Assembly (NCBI GenBank): GCA_963668545.1
Contig: OY764868.1
Coordinates: forward strand, 2,011,130-2,075,129
DNA from: Spirochaetia bacterium
GTDB taxonomy: Bacteria > Spirochaetota > Spirochaetia > CADAEX01
Length of the DNA: 64,000 bases
Direction of reading: 5' to 3'
In this document: positions 1 through 9,689 of the stretch, in pieces
Layout: the number at the start of each line of letters is the position of its first letter
Position numbering within the stretch: position 1 is the first letter of the stretch
Position numbers and translations under genes: made by a program
Notes under the pieces: model-generated
The model's input: only the letters and a program-made list of their open reading frames with translations
What the model was told of the DNA's origin: nothing
The model's database searches: none

Positions 1-2314
1 AAAACTATCCTTCAGGAAAGACAATGATTTTTCATGGTCAATAAACCTTCCCGGGAACTATATCACTGAAAACAGGGGGAAATATTACATTTCCCTGGTT
101 TATCTTGATGTATACCGTCAGAAAAACAGGGAAACCCTTATTGAATCGCTTAAAAATCTCGACAAGAGGAATTATACAATAATACACGGACCTCTCCAGG
201 TACCTTTTAAATCCGCAAAAGATAACGAGACAGTCCTTCCCTACTTCATTCTCATCAAGACAACAAAAAAGGCTGACAAATTCCTCAGGGAACACAATAT
301 AGACGGAAAAGTAATAAGGATACTTCACAGACCTGAGGATTATACAGAACCTGAAATCAGAACAATGCAGAAAATTGCTTCTGCTGAAATAGTAGAAGAA
401 ATAAAGGAAGAACCTGTTCCGGAATTAATTGAACACGAGGAGACATCTGCAGCTGATATAGAAAAGAAAGGTTACAGGAGCGCGATAAAAAAGGGGGAAA
501 TCCGTTTTTCAATCGGATTCAAAATGATATCCATAATCTCGCTTATCATTATAATGACCCTTTCAGGTATGATTTTCCTGGCAACATATTTTTTCCTTCA
601 GGACAGCCGTGTAAGGGTTGATGAGAACAACCTGAAAGTGTCCGAGGTAATTTCAATGAAGGTCGAAGAAGATCTCAACTCATTCGGCAATGCTGCTTCA
701 CTTCTCATGCTGGGGGCAAACCAGGAAGGGGAAGGAAAAGAGGATTTTGTAAGGTATTTTTTCAGAAATCAGAGTAATGTCCTTTTCACAGGACTGCCTT
801 CGGCTGAAATAAACTTCTACAACAAGGATATTATGCTTGAGTATAATATTGATGAGGATTTTATAGATAATATAATCACTGAAAATTCATCTGAAATAGA
901 CCAGGCAATGCAGGGTATCACCTCTGTAATAAATGTTTCTCCCTATTTCGGTGTCCCGATGATGTGCCTTTCAATTCCCTATCGTCAGGGAAGATCTGTT
1001 CTTCCAATGGTCATGCTTATAGACCTCCGGTCAAGTTTTATGGAGCTTATTGATACCAGGGGTATAACACTAACATATATTGTGAATGAAAAAGGGGAAC
1101 TCATAGCACATCCTGAAGTGGATATGGTTATAGATGCTGTAAATCTGAGCGGACTCAAGGTTGTTGAGGATATGTTCAACCAGCCTGTAAGTTCAGGTCA
1201 GATAAGATATACAACAGAATCAGGGCAGACAAATCTCGGATCATTCAAAAAGATTCCCACCGGAAGGCTGGGCATAATTACAGAAGTCAATGAAAATGTT
1301 GCATTTGAGCAGATTTATATAATCCAGAGAAGAAATATTTATCTTATGATAATGGTACTTTCTCTTGCAGTCCTTATTGTTTATTTCTTTTCAAAATCAC
1401 TTACTTTTCCTGTAAGAAACCTTGTTGTAGCAACGAAGATGATAGAAAACGGGCAGTTCAGCATCAATCTCAAAGCCAGGGCAAAGGATGAAATCGGCGT
1501 ACTTACAAACGCGTTTGTGGAAATGGGCAGGGGGCTTGAAGAAAAAGAGAGAATGAAAGATGCTTTCGGCCGTTTTGTAAACCAGGAAATAGCTGAAATG
1601 GCTATGAAAAACGAAATACAGCTTGGAGGCGAAATAAAGCAGGCTACCATATTCTTTTCAGATATCCGTTCATTTACAGCTATTTCGGAAAAACTGACAC
1701 CTTCAGAAGTTGTAGAATTTCTCAATGAATATATGACACTCATGGTTCAGTGTGTAAATGAAAGCCATGGTTTTGTAGACAAGTATATAGGTGATGCAAT
1801 AATGGCAGTCTGGGGTACTCCAATTTCGCACGGCAATGACACGGAAAATGCCATAAACGGGGCTCTCAAGATGAGAACAGCACTTATGAGGTTCAACCTT
1901 GACAGGGGAAGCGATAAAAAACCAATAATCAGGATAGGATGCGGTCTCAACACAGGTGATGTTCTTGCAGGACAGATCGGTTCAAACGAAAGGATGGAAT
2001 ATACAGTAATCGGAGATGCTGTTAACCTTGCATCCCGTATCGAAGCTCTCAATAAACCGATGGGAACAGATCTCCTTATTTCACAGAATACAGCTGACCA
2101 GGTTGAAGGAATATATGATCTTGTACCTATGAACAAGATAAAGGTGAAGGGGAAGTCGGAACCTCAGCAGATTTATGCAGTACTCGGACGGCTTGATGAT
2201 GAAAACAGACCCAGAAGCCTCAGGGACCTCAGGCAGAAAGTGGGTATTGTCGGTAATTTTGATAATATAGCAGATGTCGAAGAGAAAGAAGTAAAATATG
2301 AGATCATTGATTAA
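1..2314 (+). CDS. Membrane-bound class III adenylate/guanylate cyclase with extracytoplasmic sensor region and HAMP linker (5' end probably off-window)
   Basis: ORF track 365..2314. Two TM segments (ISIISLIIIMTLSGMIFLATYFF; IYLMIMVLSLAVLIVYFF) flank a ~240-aa outside loop. HAMP-like segment PVRNLVVATKMIENGQF...DEIGVLTNAFVEM. Cyclase core motifs FFSDIRSFTAISE, DKYIGDAIMAVWG, RIGCGLNTGDVLAGQIGS, YTVIGDAVNLASRIE. The same frame has no stop from nt 2 to 364, so the CDS may begin upstream of the window. Confidence 0.85.
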   Translation, partial: KLSFRKDNDFSWSINLPGNYITENRGKYYISLVYLDVYRQKNRETLIESLKNLDKRNYTIIHGPLQVPFKSAKDNETVLPYFILIKTTKKADKFLREHNIDGKVIRILHRPEDYTEPEIRTMQKIASAEIVEEIKEEPVPELIEHEETSAADIEKKGYRSAIKKGEIRFSIGFKMISIISLIIIMTLSGMIFLATYFFLQDSRVRVDENNLKVSEVISMKVEEDLNSFGNAASLLMLGANQEGEGKEDFVRYFFRNQSNVLFTGLPSAEINFYNKDIMLEYNIDEDFIDNIITENSSEIDQAMQGITSVINVSPYFGVPMMCLSIPYRQGRSVLPMVMLIDLRSSFMELIDTRGITLTYIVNEKGELIAHPEVDMVIDAVNLSGLKVVEDMFNQPVSSGQIRYTTESGQTNLGSFKKIPTGRLGIITEVNENVAFEQIYIIQRRNIYLMIMVLSLAVLIVYFFSKSLTFPVRNLVVATKMIENGQFSINLKARAKDEIGVLTNAFVEMGRGLEEKERMKDAFGRFVNQEIAEMAMKNEIQLGGEIKQATIFFSDIRSFTAISEKLTPSEVVEFLNEYMTLMVQCVNESHGFVDKYIGDAIMAVWGTPISHGNDTENAINGALKMRTALMRFNLDRGSDKKPIIRIGCGLNTGDVLAGQIGSNERMEYTVIGDAVNLASRIEALNKPMGTDLLISQNTADQVEGIYDLVPMNKIKVKGKSEPQQIYAVLGRLDDENRPRSLRDLRQKVGIVGNFDNIADVEEKEVKYEIID

Positions 2315-5039
2315 GGATTTCCTTGCAGTAATAATTTCGGGAATTATCTTTGTAACTGCAGGGTGGTTCTTTTATACAGATATTAATTCAACGCTTCAGT
2401 ACACTGGCGGAGAGGAAATCGGGCTGATAATGTTTAAAAAGAATACTGCCCAGCGTAAATATTCGGGAAGGGCTGTGTGGGAAAACATAGATACGGCAGC
2501 CCCTGTATACAGCAATGACACACTCAGAACAAGCGCTGATTCAGAAGCTGTAGTCCTGATGAACGATGGTACAGAAATTATACTCCAGGACAACTCCCTT
2601 ATAGTGCTTGAATGGAATGAAAATGAGAAAAACATTGAATTCCTGGGCGGTAATATTTCCGCGAAAAATGCAAGTGAAGAAACTGCAGGTATAAAAATAA
2701 AATCCGCAGATACAGTAATATCTCTTGATGATGCAAGTATCAATCTCCAGGGAACTGAAGGAAATCTTGATCTTTCTGTAATGGAAGGAAATATCGGTCT
2801 TGCAAAAGGGAAAATCACCCAGGAGGTCAAGGCTAACCAGAAAGCACTGCTTTCCAAAGGTTCTGATGATTTCATGATCAACGAAATAATGATCAGGCCT
2901 GATACTCCTGAAGATAATATGTATTTTCTTACATTCAATAATATAAAAAGTATAAACTTCAGGTGGAATTTCCTCAGACCTGTTGAAAACCCTGTTCTCA
3001 GGATTGCCAGGGACATGGATTTCAGAAAAATTGTAGCTGAAGAAGCAGTTGAAGATGTCTTTTCATTGAAGAAAGAATTGCAGGAAGGGACCTATTACTG
3101 GCAGCTTCAGTCTTCAACAGAACCCGGTATCAAGGGTCCTTTAAGAAGGTTTGTAATTATCAATGATAAATACCCTGACATGCTCACCCCCACAGAGGGA
3201 ATTGAAATCAAATACAGGAATGAACTTCCAAAACTGAGATTCCTCTGGAACCAGGGAATTTTTCCGGAACATTACCTTCTTGAAGTATCATTGAATAATA
3301 ATTTCAGCGAGAATGTTGTTTCTGAAAAAGTTAAGGGGAATTTCTTTTTTCTCAATACGCTGTCGCAGGGGAAATATTTCTGGAGACTGACACCCTACTA
3401 TTCTCTCGGAAATATCGGCTATGTTAAAAATGATAAATTCCAGCCTTTTGAAATAATTCAGACAACTGCGCTTGAGCCTGTGCAGCTTGTTTTCCCTCCC
3501 AACAATACTGAAATATCAACTATTGAAAGCAGCAAAGGGATCAAATTCAAATGGAAAGAGGAAGCTGAAATATCATCATACCAGTTTTATCTGTCAGAAG
3601 ACCCCGGATTTACAAGCACTATCTATAACGAGCCTCTGTCTGCTGCAATATTTTCAGTAAATGATCTTCTGAAAGAAGGGACTTATTACTGGAAAATAAG
3701 CGGCGTTACAAAGGACAATGAAGTACTTCCCCACTCCAGTTACCGGGTAATTTCCATCAAGGAATCCACAGGTGAAATAGAACTGAAATATCCCCCTGAC
3801 AAGGACCACTTTGAAATTGAAATGTTCGGAAACAGAACTTTCACCTGGGACAGTACAATAGGTGAAAAATTCAGATTCTCCCTTTTCAAGGATTCACCTG
3901 ATTCCACACCCATTATTGAAGACTATGTGGCCGGCAAATCCAGAAAAACAATGATTCCCGCTTCAGGCGAATACTTCTGGCAGGTTTCAGTTGTTGATGA
4001 GTTCAACAATCCTGTAATTGACAGTAAAATCAATACATTCAATACAAGGACACCTTTGCCGATGCCTGCCATGATATCCCCTGAGACTGATGAAAATATT
4101 TCAATTATAGGTGATGACAAGCTTGATTTCAGCTGGGAAAAAACATATTCAGCAGATTACTATTCACTGGAAATTGTGAGGGACTCAGACAGAAAGCTGT
4201 TAGGCAGTTTCAGTAAAATAGACAAAACATCTTTCCAGTTTGACCAGACCGGTATACTGACAGAAGGCAGATATACAGCAAAGCTTAAAGCATATAAAAA
4301 AGCAGATCTTGGGTGGGATATATCAGAAAGCGGGGAACTTGTTGTACCTTTCAGGATAGGTGAAGTTGTTATCTATGATCAGCCTGTTCTTGTTTCACCC
4401 CGCAATAATTCAGTATCAAGCCTTGAAGATATACTGAACGGGAACTTCATATTCAAGTGGGACCATTCACCTCTGCTTGCAGAGTATGAAATTACTATTT
4501 CCGAATCAATGGATTTCGACAGGAACCTGTCTGTATATAACGCAAAAGGGCTTCAGTACAGACCCAGTGATATCAAACCGGGAAAATATTACTGGAAAGT
4601 AAGGGGTCTGGACAGTAAAAAATACTCTACCCCTGAATCAGGCATATACAGCTTCTTTATAGACAATATACAGCCTCTGTTAAATCCGGTTGTTATTTCA
4701 CCTTTTAAAAATGAAGTGATCAATATGGATGACCGGGATATCCTTAACTTCAACTGGAAAGAATCTCCTGAAGCTGATTACTATATTGTTAAACTCTACT
4801 CCAGCAGTTCATCATCTCCTGTATTTTCTGATGACAAATACAGGGGAACATCACTTGATTTCAAGGAACTTGACAAGCTTGATACAGGCAGTTTCACTTT
4901 TTCAGTTCAGGCAGTCAAGGACCTTCCCGAAAACAAGAAAAGAATCAGTATTGAGGTGAAACAGTCATTTTCACTGACACTTACCGAACCTTCGGATGAG
5001 ATTGAAATTATCACTGTTGATGAACAGTTTATTTTTTAA
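2298..5039 (+). CDS. FecR-domain membrane-anchored protein with about seven tandem Ig/FN3-like modules
   Basis: 913-aa ORF. N-terminal TM (FLAVIISGIIFVTAGWFFY). FecR-like segment (GRAVWENIDTAAPVYSNDTLRTSADSEAVVLMNDGTEIILQDNSLIVL). Recurring ~85-110 aa modules each end in G-x-Y-[YF]-W-x-[LVI] (GTYYWQL, GKYFWRL, GTYYWKI, GEYFWQV, GRYTAKL, GKYYWKV, GSFTFSV). The start overlaps the cyclase stop by 17 nt. Confidence 0.75.
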   Translation: MRSLIKDFLAVIISGIIFVTAGWFFYTDINSTLQYTGGEEIGLIMFKKNTAQRKYSGRAVWENIDTAAPVYSNDTLRTSADSEAVVLMNDGTEIILQDNSLIVLEWNENEKNIEFLGGNISAKNASEETAGIKIKSADTVISLDDASINLQGTEGNLDLSVMEGNIGLAKGKITQEVKANQKALLSKGSDDFMINEIMIRPDTPEDNMYFLTFNNIKSINFRWNFLRPVENPVLRIARDMDFRKIVAEEAVEDVFSLKKELQEGTYYWQLQSSTEPGIKGPLRRFVIINDKYPDMLTPTEGIEIKYRNELPKLRFLWNQGIFPEHYLLEVSLNNNFSENVVSEKVKGNFFFLNTLSQGKYFWRLTPYYSLGNIGYVKNDKFQPFEIIQTTALEPVQLVFPPNNTEISTIESSKGIKFKWKEEAEISSYQFYLSEDPGFTSTIYNEPLSAAIFSVNDLLKEGTYYWKISGVTKDNEVLPHSSYRVISIKESTGEIELKYPPDKDHFEIEMFGNRTFTWDSTIGEKFRFSLFKDSPDSTPIIEDYVAGKSRKTMIPASGEYFWQVSVVDEFNNPVIDSKINTFNTRTPLPMPAMISPETDENISIIGDDKLDFSWEKTYSADYYSLEIVRDSDRKLLGSFSKIDKTSFQFDQTGILTEGRYTAKLKAYKKADLGWDISESGELVVPFRIGEVVIYDQPVLVSPRNNSVSSLEDILNGNFIFKWDHSPLLAEYEITISESMDFDRNLSVYNAKGLQYRPSDIKPGKYYWKVRGLDSKKYSTPESGIYSFFIDNIQPLLNPVVISPFKNEVINMDDRDILNFNWKESPEADYYIVKLYSSSSSSPVFSDDKYRGTSLDFKELDKLDTGSFTFSVQAVKDLPENKKRISIEVKQSFSLTLTEPSDEIEIITVDEQFIF

Positions 5040-5063
5040 ATCTCGAATATATTTTTCAAACAG

Positions 5064-5093
5064 AAACCTGCAGAATTCACTGCAGGTTTTTTT
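5064..5093 (+). terminator. Rho-independent terminator after the FecR-repeat gene
   Basis: AAACCTGCAG-aattca-CTGCAGGTTT followed by a T-run (tttttttat), 25 nt after the stop at 5039. Confidence 0.7.
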
Positions 5094-5169
5094 ATGCCTC
5101 ATCCTGTTTTATGATTTTACAGATTGACTTATCCCTGTAAATACTGTTAATTATTCCGGGATAATAATT

Positions 5170-6825
5170 TTGTTAAAAATATCATTCATATCGGTACACA
5201 TAAAAAATTCCCCTCTGGCATTCCCCCTTTCATCTGCAATTCTTGCTGCTGCTGTTTCCGGTAATCCGATGCTTCAAGACAGGACTGAATCGGCAATCAT
5301 GGATTTCTATCTTGATGACATTATTTCTGATGCCGCAGCTGCAATAATTGATTCAGGCTCAGATATTGCGGCATTTTCTGTTTACATATGGAACAGGGAT
5401 TTCACAATCTCACTTATAAGTGAAATCAGACAGATGAAACCGGATATTCTTATACTTGCAGGAGGAGCAGAAGTTACTGCAGATCCTTTATATTTTTCAG
5501 AACACCCTGATATTGACTTTTTTGTAAACGGTGAAGGAGAAGAGGCTGTTACAGAATGCCTTTTATCACTTACGGAAAACAGAAAAAGTCTGGGAAGATC
5601 TTCAGATCAGCAAAGAAGAACTGTCGCTGATCCCGGTTCCTTCCCCTCCCCTTTTCTTGGTCATTCCATTGATTTGAAAAAATATGACGGTATTTTATGG
5701 GAACTTTCAAGGGGCTGTCCTTTCAGCTGCAGTTTCTGTTTTGAATCAAGAGGCAGCAGCAGAGTAAGAAAATTCCCTCTGGAAAGAATAGAAAAAGAAC
5801 TTGATCTTATAGTTGAATCCGGAATTGACCAGGTTTTTGTACTTGATCCGACCTTCAATATTGACAGGAAAAGGGCTGTCAAAATTCTTTCAGTCATTAA
5901 AAATAAAGCACCTGACATACATTTCACTTTTGAAATAAGAAGTGAGTATATTGATGAAGAAACAGCACTTCTTTTTTCAGAAATAACCTGCTCTCTTCAG
6001 ATTGGACTTCAGTCATCATCTCCTGATGTTCTTGCCAATGTAAACAGGTCACTGGATAAAGAGGATTTTTTCAATAAAATCCTACTTCTTCATGAGCAGG
6101 GGGCTGTTTACGGTTTTGATATAATCTTCGGTCTGCCGGGAGATACTCTTCATTTATTCATGGAAAGTATTGATTTTGCCCTTTCAATGGCTCCGAACCA
6201 TATAGATATTTTCCCTCTTGCTGTACTTAAAGGTACAGATCTTTACGAAAGGGCGGATTCTTTAGGTATAAGATACAGAAAAAAGGACCCCTATACAGTA
6301 ATTGAAACACCTCTCTTTTCTGAAAAGGAAATAACAGAAGCATCTGCCTTTTCTGAAAAAATAGACCTTTTTTACAACAGGGGAAAAGCTGTTTCCTTTT
6401 TTTCACTGATTACTGAAAATCTAGATATTTCACCATTTGAGTTTTTCATTTTTTTTACGGAATGGTTTTCGGAAAACCTTGCAGATGAAACTGACATCAG
6501 CAATATTGAATATAAGGCGATCCTGTCAATCCAGAGAATTTCCGTCTATGATCTTTTCTTCAGTGCTGGAAAAGAAAAAGAGGGACTTCTTTTGTCAGAT
6601 ATAATACTTATAATGAACAGTATCTTTATCCCGGAAAACAATCCCGTTACTGAGAAAACCGTTGAAAACATTCCTGTATCAGCAGCAGACAGGAAAATTG
6701 ATAAATCGTTTCTGCTCTCTGTAAACCCTTTATCAGGTTGTTTTAATATGGAAAAAGTAGTTGAATACCTTGATTCAGGGATCACAGATCTTGAAGAACT
6801 TGTATTCTTTACTTCCAGGCAATAA
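5170..6825 (+). CDS. B12-binding-domain radical SAM protein (DUF4080-type C-terminus)
   Basis: 551-aa ORF with TTG start. N-terminal cobalamin-binding-like region (ILILAGGAEVTADP). Radical SAM cluster motif RGCPFSCSFC (CxxxCxxC). The long C-terminal extension (DLFYNRGKAVSFF...) is typical of this family. Confidence 0.8.
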   Translation: MLKISFISVHIKNSPLAFPLSSAILAAAVSGNPMLQDRTESAIMDFYLDDIISDAAAAIIDSGSDIAAFSVYIWNRDFTISLISEIRQMKPDILILAGGAEVTADPLYFSEHPDIDFFVNGEGEEAVTECLLSLTENRKSLGRSSDQQRRTVADPGSFPSPFLGHSIDLKKYDGILWELSRGCPFSCSFCFESRGSSRVRKFPLERIEKELDLIVESGIDQVFVLDPTFNIDRKRAVKILSVIKNKAPDIHFTFEIRSEYIDEETALLFSEITCSLQIGLQSSSPDVLANVNRSLDKEDFFNKILLLHEQGAVYGFDIIFGLPGDTLHLFMESIDFALSMAPNHIDIFPLAVLKGTDLYERADSLGIRYRKKDPYTVIETPLFSEKEITEASAFSEKIDLFYNRGKAVSFFSLITENLDISPFEFFIFFTEWFSENLADETDISNIEYKAILSIQRISVYDLFFSAGKEKEGLLLSDIILIMNSIFIPENNPVTEKTVENIPVSAADRKIDKSFLLSVNPLSGCFNMEKVVEYLDSGITDLEELVFFTSRQ

Positions 6826-6933
6826 TTTTCCATTTCAAATAATTAATAATATATCTGTTTTCTGTTTCGAGAATTGCATTATCAACTTTTTTTATTTATA
6901 ATCATATCATTCATAAAAAAAAAGGAGTACTAA

Positions 6934-7713
6934 ATGATCAAAAAAATAATAGTTACAGCTGTTCTTTCAGTTTTTTGTCTTTTCAGCCTTTCCGCTCAGT
7001 CATTAAAAGGAATGTCTCTAAATGGTTCAACAGGACTGATCAGCATACCATCAGCAAGAATCGGATGGGAAAAATCAGCAGATGTTGGAATAGATGTAGG
7101 CTATCATGCTATCATGGATGATCCTGACAATACCAGCATTCCAAAAGCATCTGTCAGCCTTTTTAAAATTGCTGAAATTGCCTTTGCTTATGACACACAG
7201 CAGGATTCAGACAATTCTGATACACTTATAAATGCAAAAGTCCAGCTTCCGATTAAAAGCTCATCAGCAGTAGCAATAGGTATGAACTACCAGGCATTAA
7301 AAATTGCTGCACAGGAGGAATCTGTGAATCAGGTTTACCTTGCAACAACATATCCGGGTGATTTTTTCAAGATGCCTGCAGAAACAACAGTTACCATAGG
7401 CAAGACTTTCGGCGACATTGCACCTGACGACAACATTGATTTCGGAATGGGATTTGACCTTCTCCTCTTCCCTTCCACTTTCAATGGTCTTATCCACTGG
7501 ATAAATGATTTTGCAAACTTTTCCTACAGTTTCAACGCAATTGGATCAAATGCAGGTTACAGGGGTAGTTTCAACACAGGTATAAGAATTGACCTTTCAA
7601 CAATTCCTGCCCTTGCTGAATACAAATGTGTAATTGATGCTTTTATCACTGACACACTTGATGAAAACCGTGCTTTTGCAATCGGCGGAAGTTTCGGACT
7701 GCCTGTTAAATAA
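6934..7713 (+). CDS. Secreted / outer-membrane-like hypothetical protein
   Basis: 259-aa ORF preceded by AAGGAG. Signal peptide MIKKIIVTAVLSVFCLFSLSAQS. Alternating hydrophobic pattern and a C-terminal aromatic-rich end suggest a beta-rich envelope protein. No family confidently recognised. Confidence 0.55.
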   Translation: MIKKIIVTAVLSVFCLFSLSAQSLKGMSLNGSTGLISIPSARIGWEKSADVGIDVGYHAIMDDPDNTSIPKASVSLFKIAEIAFAYDTQQDSDNSDTLINAKVQLPIKSSSAVAIGMNYQALKIAAQEESVNQVYLATTYPGDFFKMPAETTVTIGKTFGDIAPDDNIDFGMGFDLLLFPSTFNGLIHWINDFANFSYSFNAIGSNAGYRGSFNTGIRIDLSTIPALAEYKCVIDAFITDTLDENRAFAIGGSFGLPVK

Positions 7714-7745
7714 TTCTTTTATACTTTAGCTGAGAATAAAAAAAA

Positions 7746-7777
7746 CCCCTGGCATTCATATGCTTCAGGGGTTTTTT
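7746..7777. terminator. Bidirectional rho-independent terminator between convergent genes
   Basis: CCCCTG-(14 nt)-CAGGGG flanked by an A-run upstream and TTTTTT downstream. Lies between the + gene ending 7713 and the - gene ending 7807. Confidence 0.7.
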
Positions 7778-7806
7778 AATTTCTGGTCTTAAATAGCAAC
7801 TACTTC

Positions 7807-9153
7807 CTAATGTGTCGGGCCTATCATTTTTTCAGGCAGCCATGTAATTAGTTCAGGGAATACCATACACAGTATAAGTGTGAATACTATTATTAAAATA
7901 AACGGAATTACCCCTTTTATTATATCTGTCATTGTAAGCCCGAGAGCAGGATCTGCTGTTCCCTTGAGGACAAATATTGACATAGCCATCGGCGGTGTCT
8001 GAAAAGCCATCTGAAGGTTTATGCATATCATCATTCCTGCCCATAGAGGATTGAATCCAAGTTTCACAAATATAGGGGAGAAAATAGGTACAATTATAAA
8101 TACAATTCCTATCCACTCTATAAACATACCCAGAAGGAATACTATAAGCATAATTATTCCAAATGATGCCCATTTCCCACCCGGTACAGCAAGTATGAGT
8201 TTTGTAACGATATCTCCGCACCCTGCGCTCATGAATACACCTACAAATGCATAACAGAGGGCAGCAATAATTACTACAAAAGAACTTACTTTGAGTGTTT
8301 CAATTGAAGCATGCTTAATAAGTTTCCAGCTGAATTTCCTGTATGCAAGAGCAAGAAAAATAGCAGCAAGGGAACCCACGGCAGCAGCTTCGGTTGGAGG
8401 CGCAATACCTGAAAAAATTGTACCGAGAACAGCAACAATAAGAAGTACTGGAGGAACCATTGATTTCAGGAGGTGTATTGCCTTTTTCGAATTAAACGGA
8501 GTTACATCTTCCGATTTCATTGCAGGCCCGAGTTCCGGATTAAATTTACACCTCAGAACAATATAAATAATATAGAGAGCGGAAAGTGTAAGTCCCGGGA
8601 AAACAGCACCCATAAACATCTGACCTATGGAAAGTCCAGCCTGGGGAGCATACACAACAAGCATGATACTTGGCGGAATAAGAATTCCAAGTGTACCTGA
8701 TGCTACAATTGATCCGGCTGCAAGTGGTTTGTTGTATCCCCTCTTTATCATCGGCTCAAGTGCAATAAGTGTAAGAATTGTTACAGAAGCAGCAATAACA
8801 CCCAGACATGCTGCAAGAATTGTACCGAACACAACGGTAACAACAGCAAGTCCGCCCCGGAGGCTCCCCAGTGATTCATACAGACTGTCATAAAGGTCTT
8901 TTGTTATACCTGAATGCTGAAGAATAACCCCCATAAAAGTAAAAAGAGGTACCGCAAGATATGGATAATTAAGTGAAAGATCGTAAAACCTGCTGTACAT
9001 AATATGATAGGCTACATCAGGTCCGAAAACTATAACACCCACAACAAAAGCTACACTGCCAATAACAAAAGCAATTGGAAACCCTGTTAATACCAGCCCG
9101 AAAACTCCCCCCAGCATGAGGAAAGTAACCAGTTCAGAACTCATTTCAATCAA
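7807..9153 (-). CDS. dctM: TRAP transporter large permease subunit
   Basis: 448-aa polytopic membrane ORF with typical DctM-family sequence (GGLAVVTVVFGTILAA..., FIIVPIFSPI...). Overlaps the small-permease gene by 8 nt. Confidence 0.9.
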   Translation of the reverse strand: MIEMSSELVTFLMLGGVFGLVLTGFPIAFVIGSVAFVVGVIVFGPDVAYHIMYSRFYDLSLNYPYLAVPLFTFMGVILQHSGITKDLYDSLYESLGSLRGGLAVVTVVFGTILAACLGVIAASVTILTLIALEPMIKRGYNKPLAAGSIVASGTLGILIPPSIMLVVYAPQAGLSIGQMFMGAVFPGLTLSALYIIYIVLRCKFNPELGPAMKSEDVTPFNSKKAIHLLKSMVPPVLLIVAVLGTIFSGIAPPTEAAAVGSLAAIFLALAYRKFSWKLIKHASIETLKVSSFVVIIAALCYAFVGVFMSAGCGDIVTKLILAVPGGKWASFGIIMLIVFLLGMFIEWIGIVFIIVPIFSPIFVKLGFNPLWAGMMICINLQMAFQTPPMAMSIFVLKGTADPALGLTMTDIIKGVIPFILIIVFTLILCMVFPELITWLPEKMIGPTH

Positions 9154-9664
9154 TTGTTTCCCCCTTTATAAGATAATAGATATCCCTTACAAAACGGGCG
9201 ATACCCTGCAGAATAAGAAGCAGAATTCCCACTGCAAATACAGTCCTGTACGGAGCTGCCGGAGGATACCAGAAACTGGTAAACATCACCTCTTTTATCT
9301 TCCATGCTTTTACCGACCACTTAACAGCAAGAACAAGCATTACTGACATAAGGGGGAAAAACAGGACTATAGAACATATTATATCTATTATAGCCTTGCT
9401 TTTCCGTGAAAGAGAACCGTAAATAACATCTACCCTCGTATGTGCATCATTGAGATAATCAAAGGAGGCACCCAGCATATAGGTGACTCCCCCTGCCATA
9501 CATAGAACATCGTAGGCCCATATAGTAGGTGCATTAAAAAAGTGTCTCGAAATAGCGTCATATGAACCTACAAGCACAAGGAGAAAAGCAAACCATTTCC
9601 CCACAGAACCTGCAGCCATACTCAATGAATCTATAGTTTTAAGTATTTTTTTCAAAATGAGCAT
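9146..9664 (-). CDS. dctQ: TRAP transporter small permease subunit
   Basis: 172-aa ORF with 4 predicted TM helices, positioned between the DctP- and DctM-type genes. Confidence 0.8.
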   Translation of the reverse strand: MLILKKILKTIDSLSMAAGSVGKWFAFLLVLVGSYDAISRHFFNAPTIWAYDVLCMAGGVTYMLGASFDYLNDAHTRVDVIYGSLSRKSKAIIDIICSIVLFFPLMSVMLVLAVKWSVKAWKIKEVMFTSFWYPPAAPYRTVFAVGILLLILQGIARFVRDIYYLIKGETID

Positions 9665-9689
9665 ACTTTATCTCCCTGTAAGTTTTTTA

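Noticed and set aside
38-328. 96-aa minus-strand ORF at the left edge
   Set aside because: It lies antisense to a + frame that is open from nt 2 into the adenylate cyclase ORF. Its Cys/Phe/Tyr-rich translation and lack of an RBS look like a shadow ORF.
5170-6933. Possibility that the B12-binding radical SAM gene marks a RiPP or natural-product cluster
   Set aside because: There is no plausible precursor-peptide ORF in the flanking 130-nt and 108-nt gaps, and no transporter, protease or other tailoring genes adjacent. The neighbours are the FecR-repeat gene (separated by a terminator) and an envelope protein.
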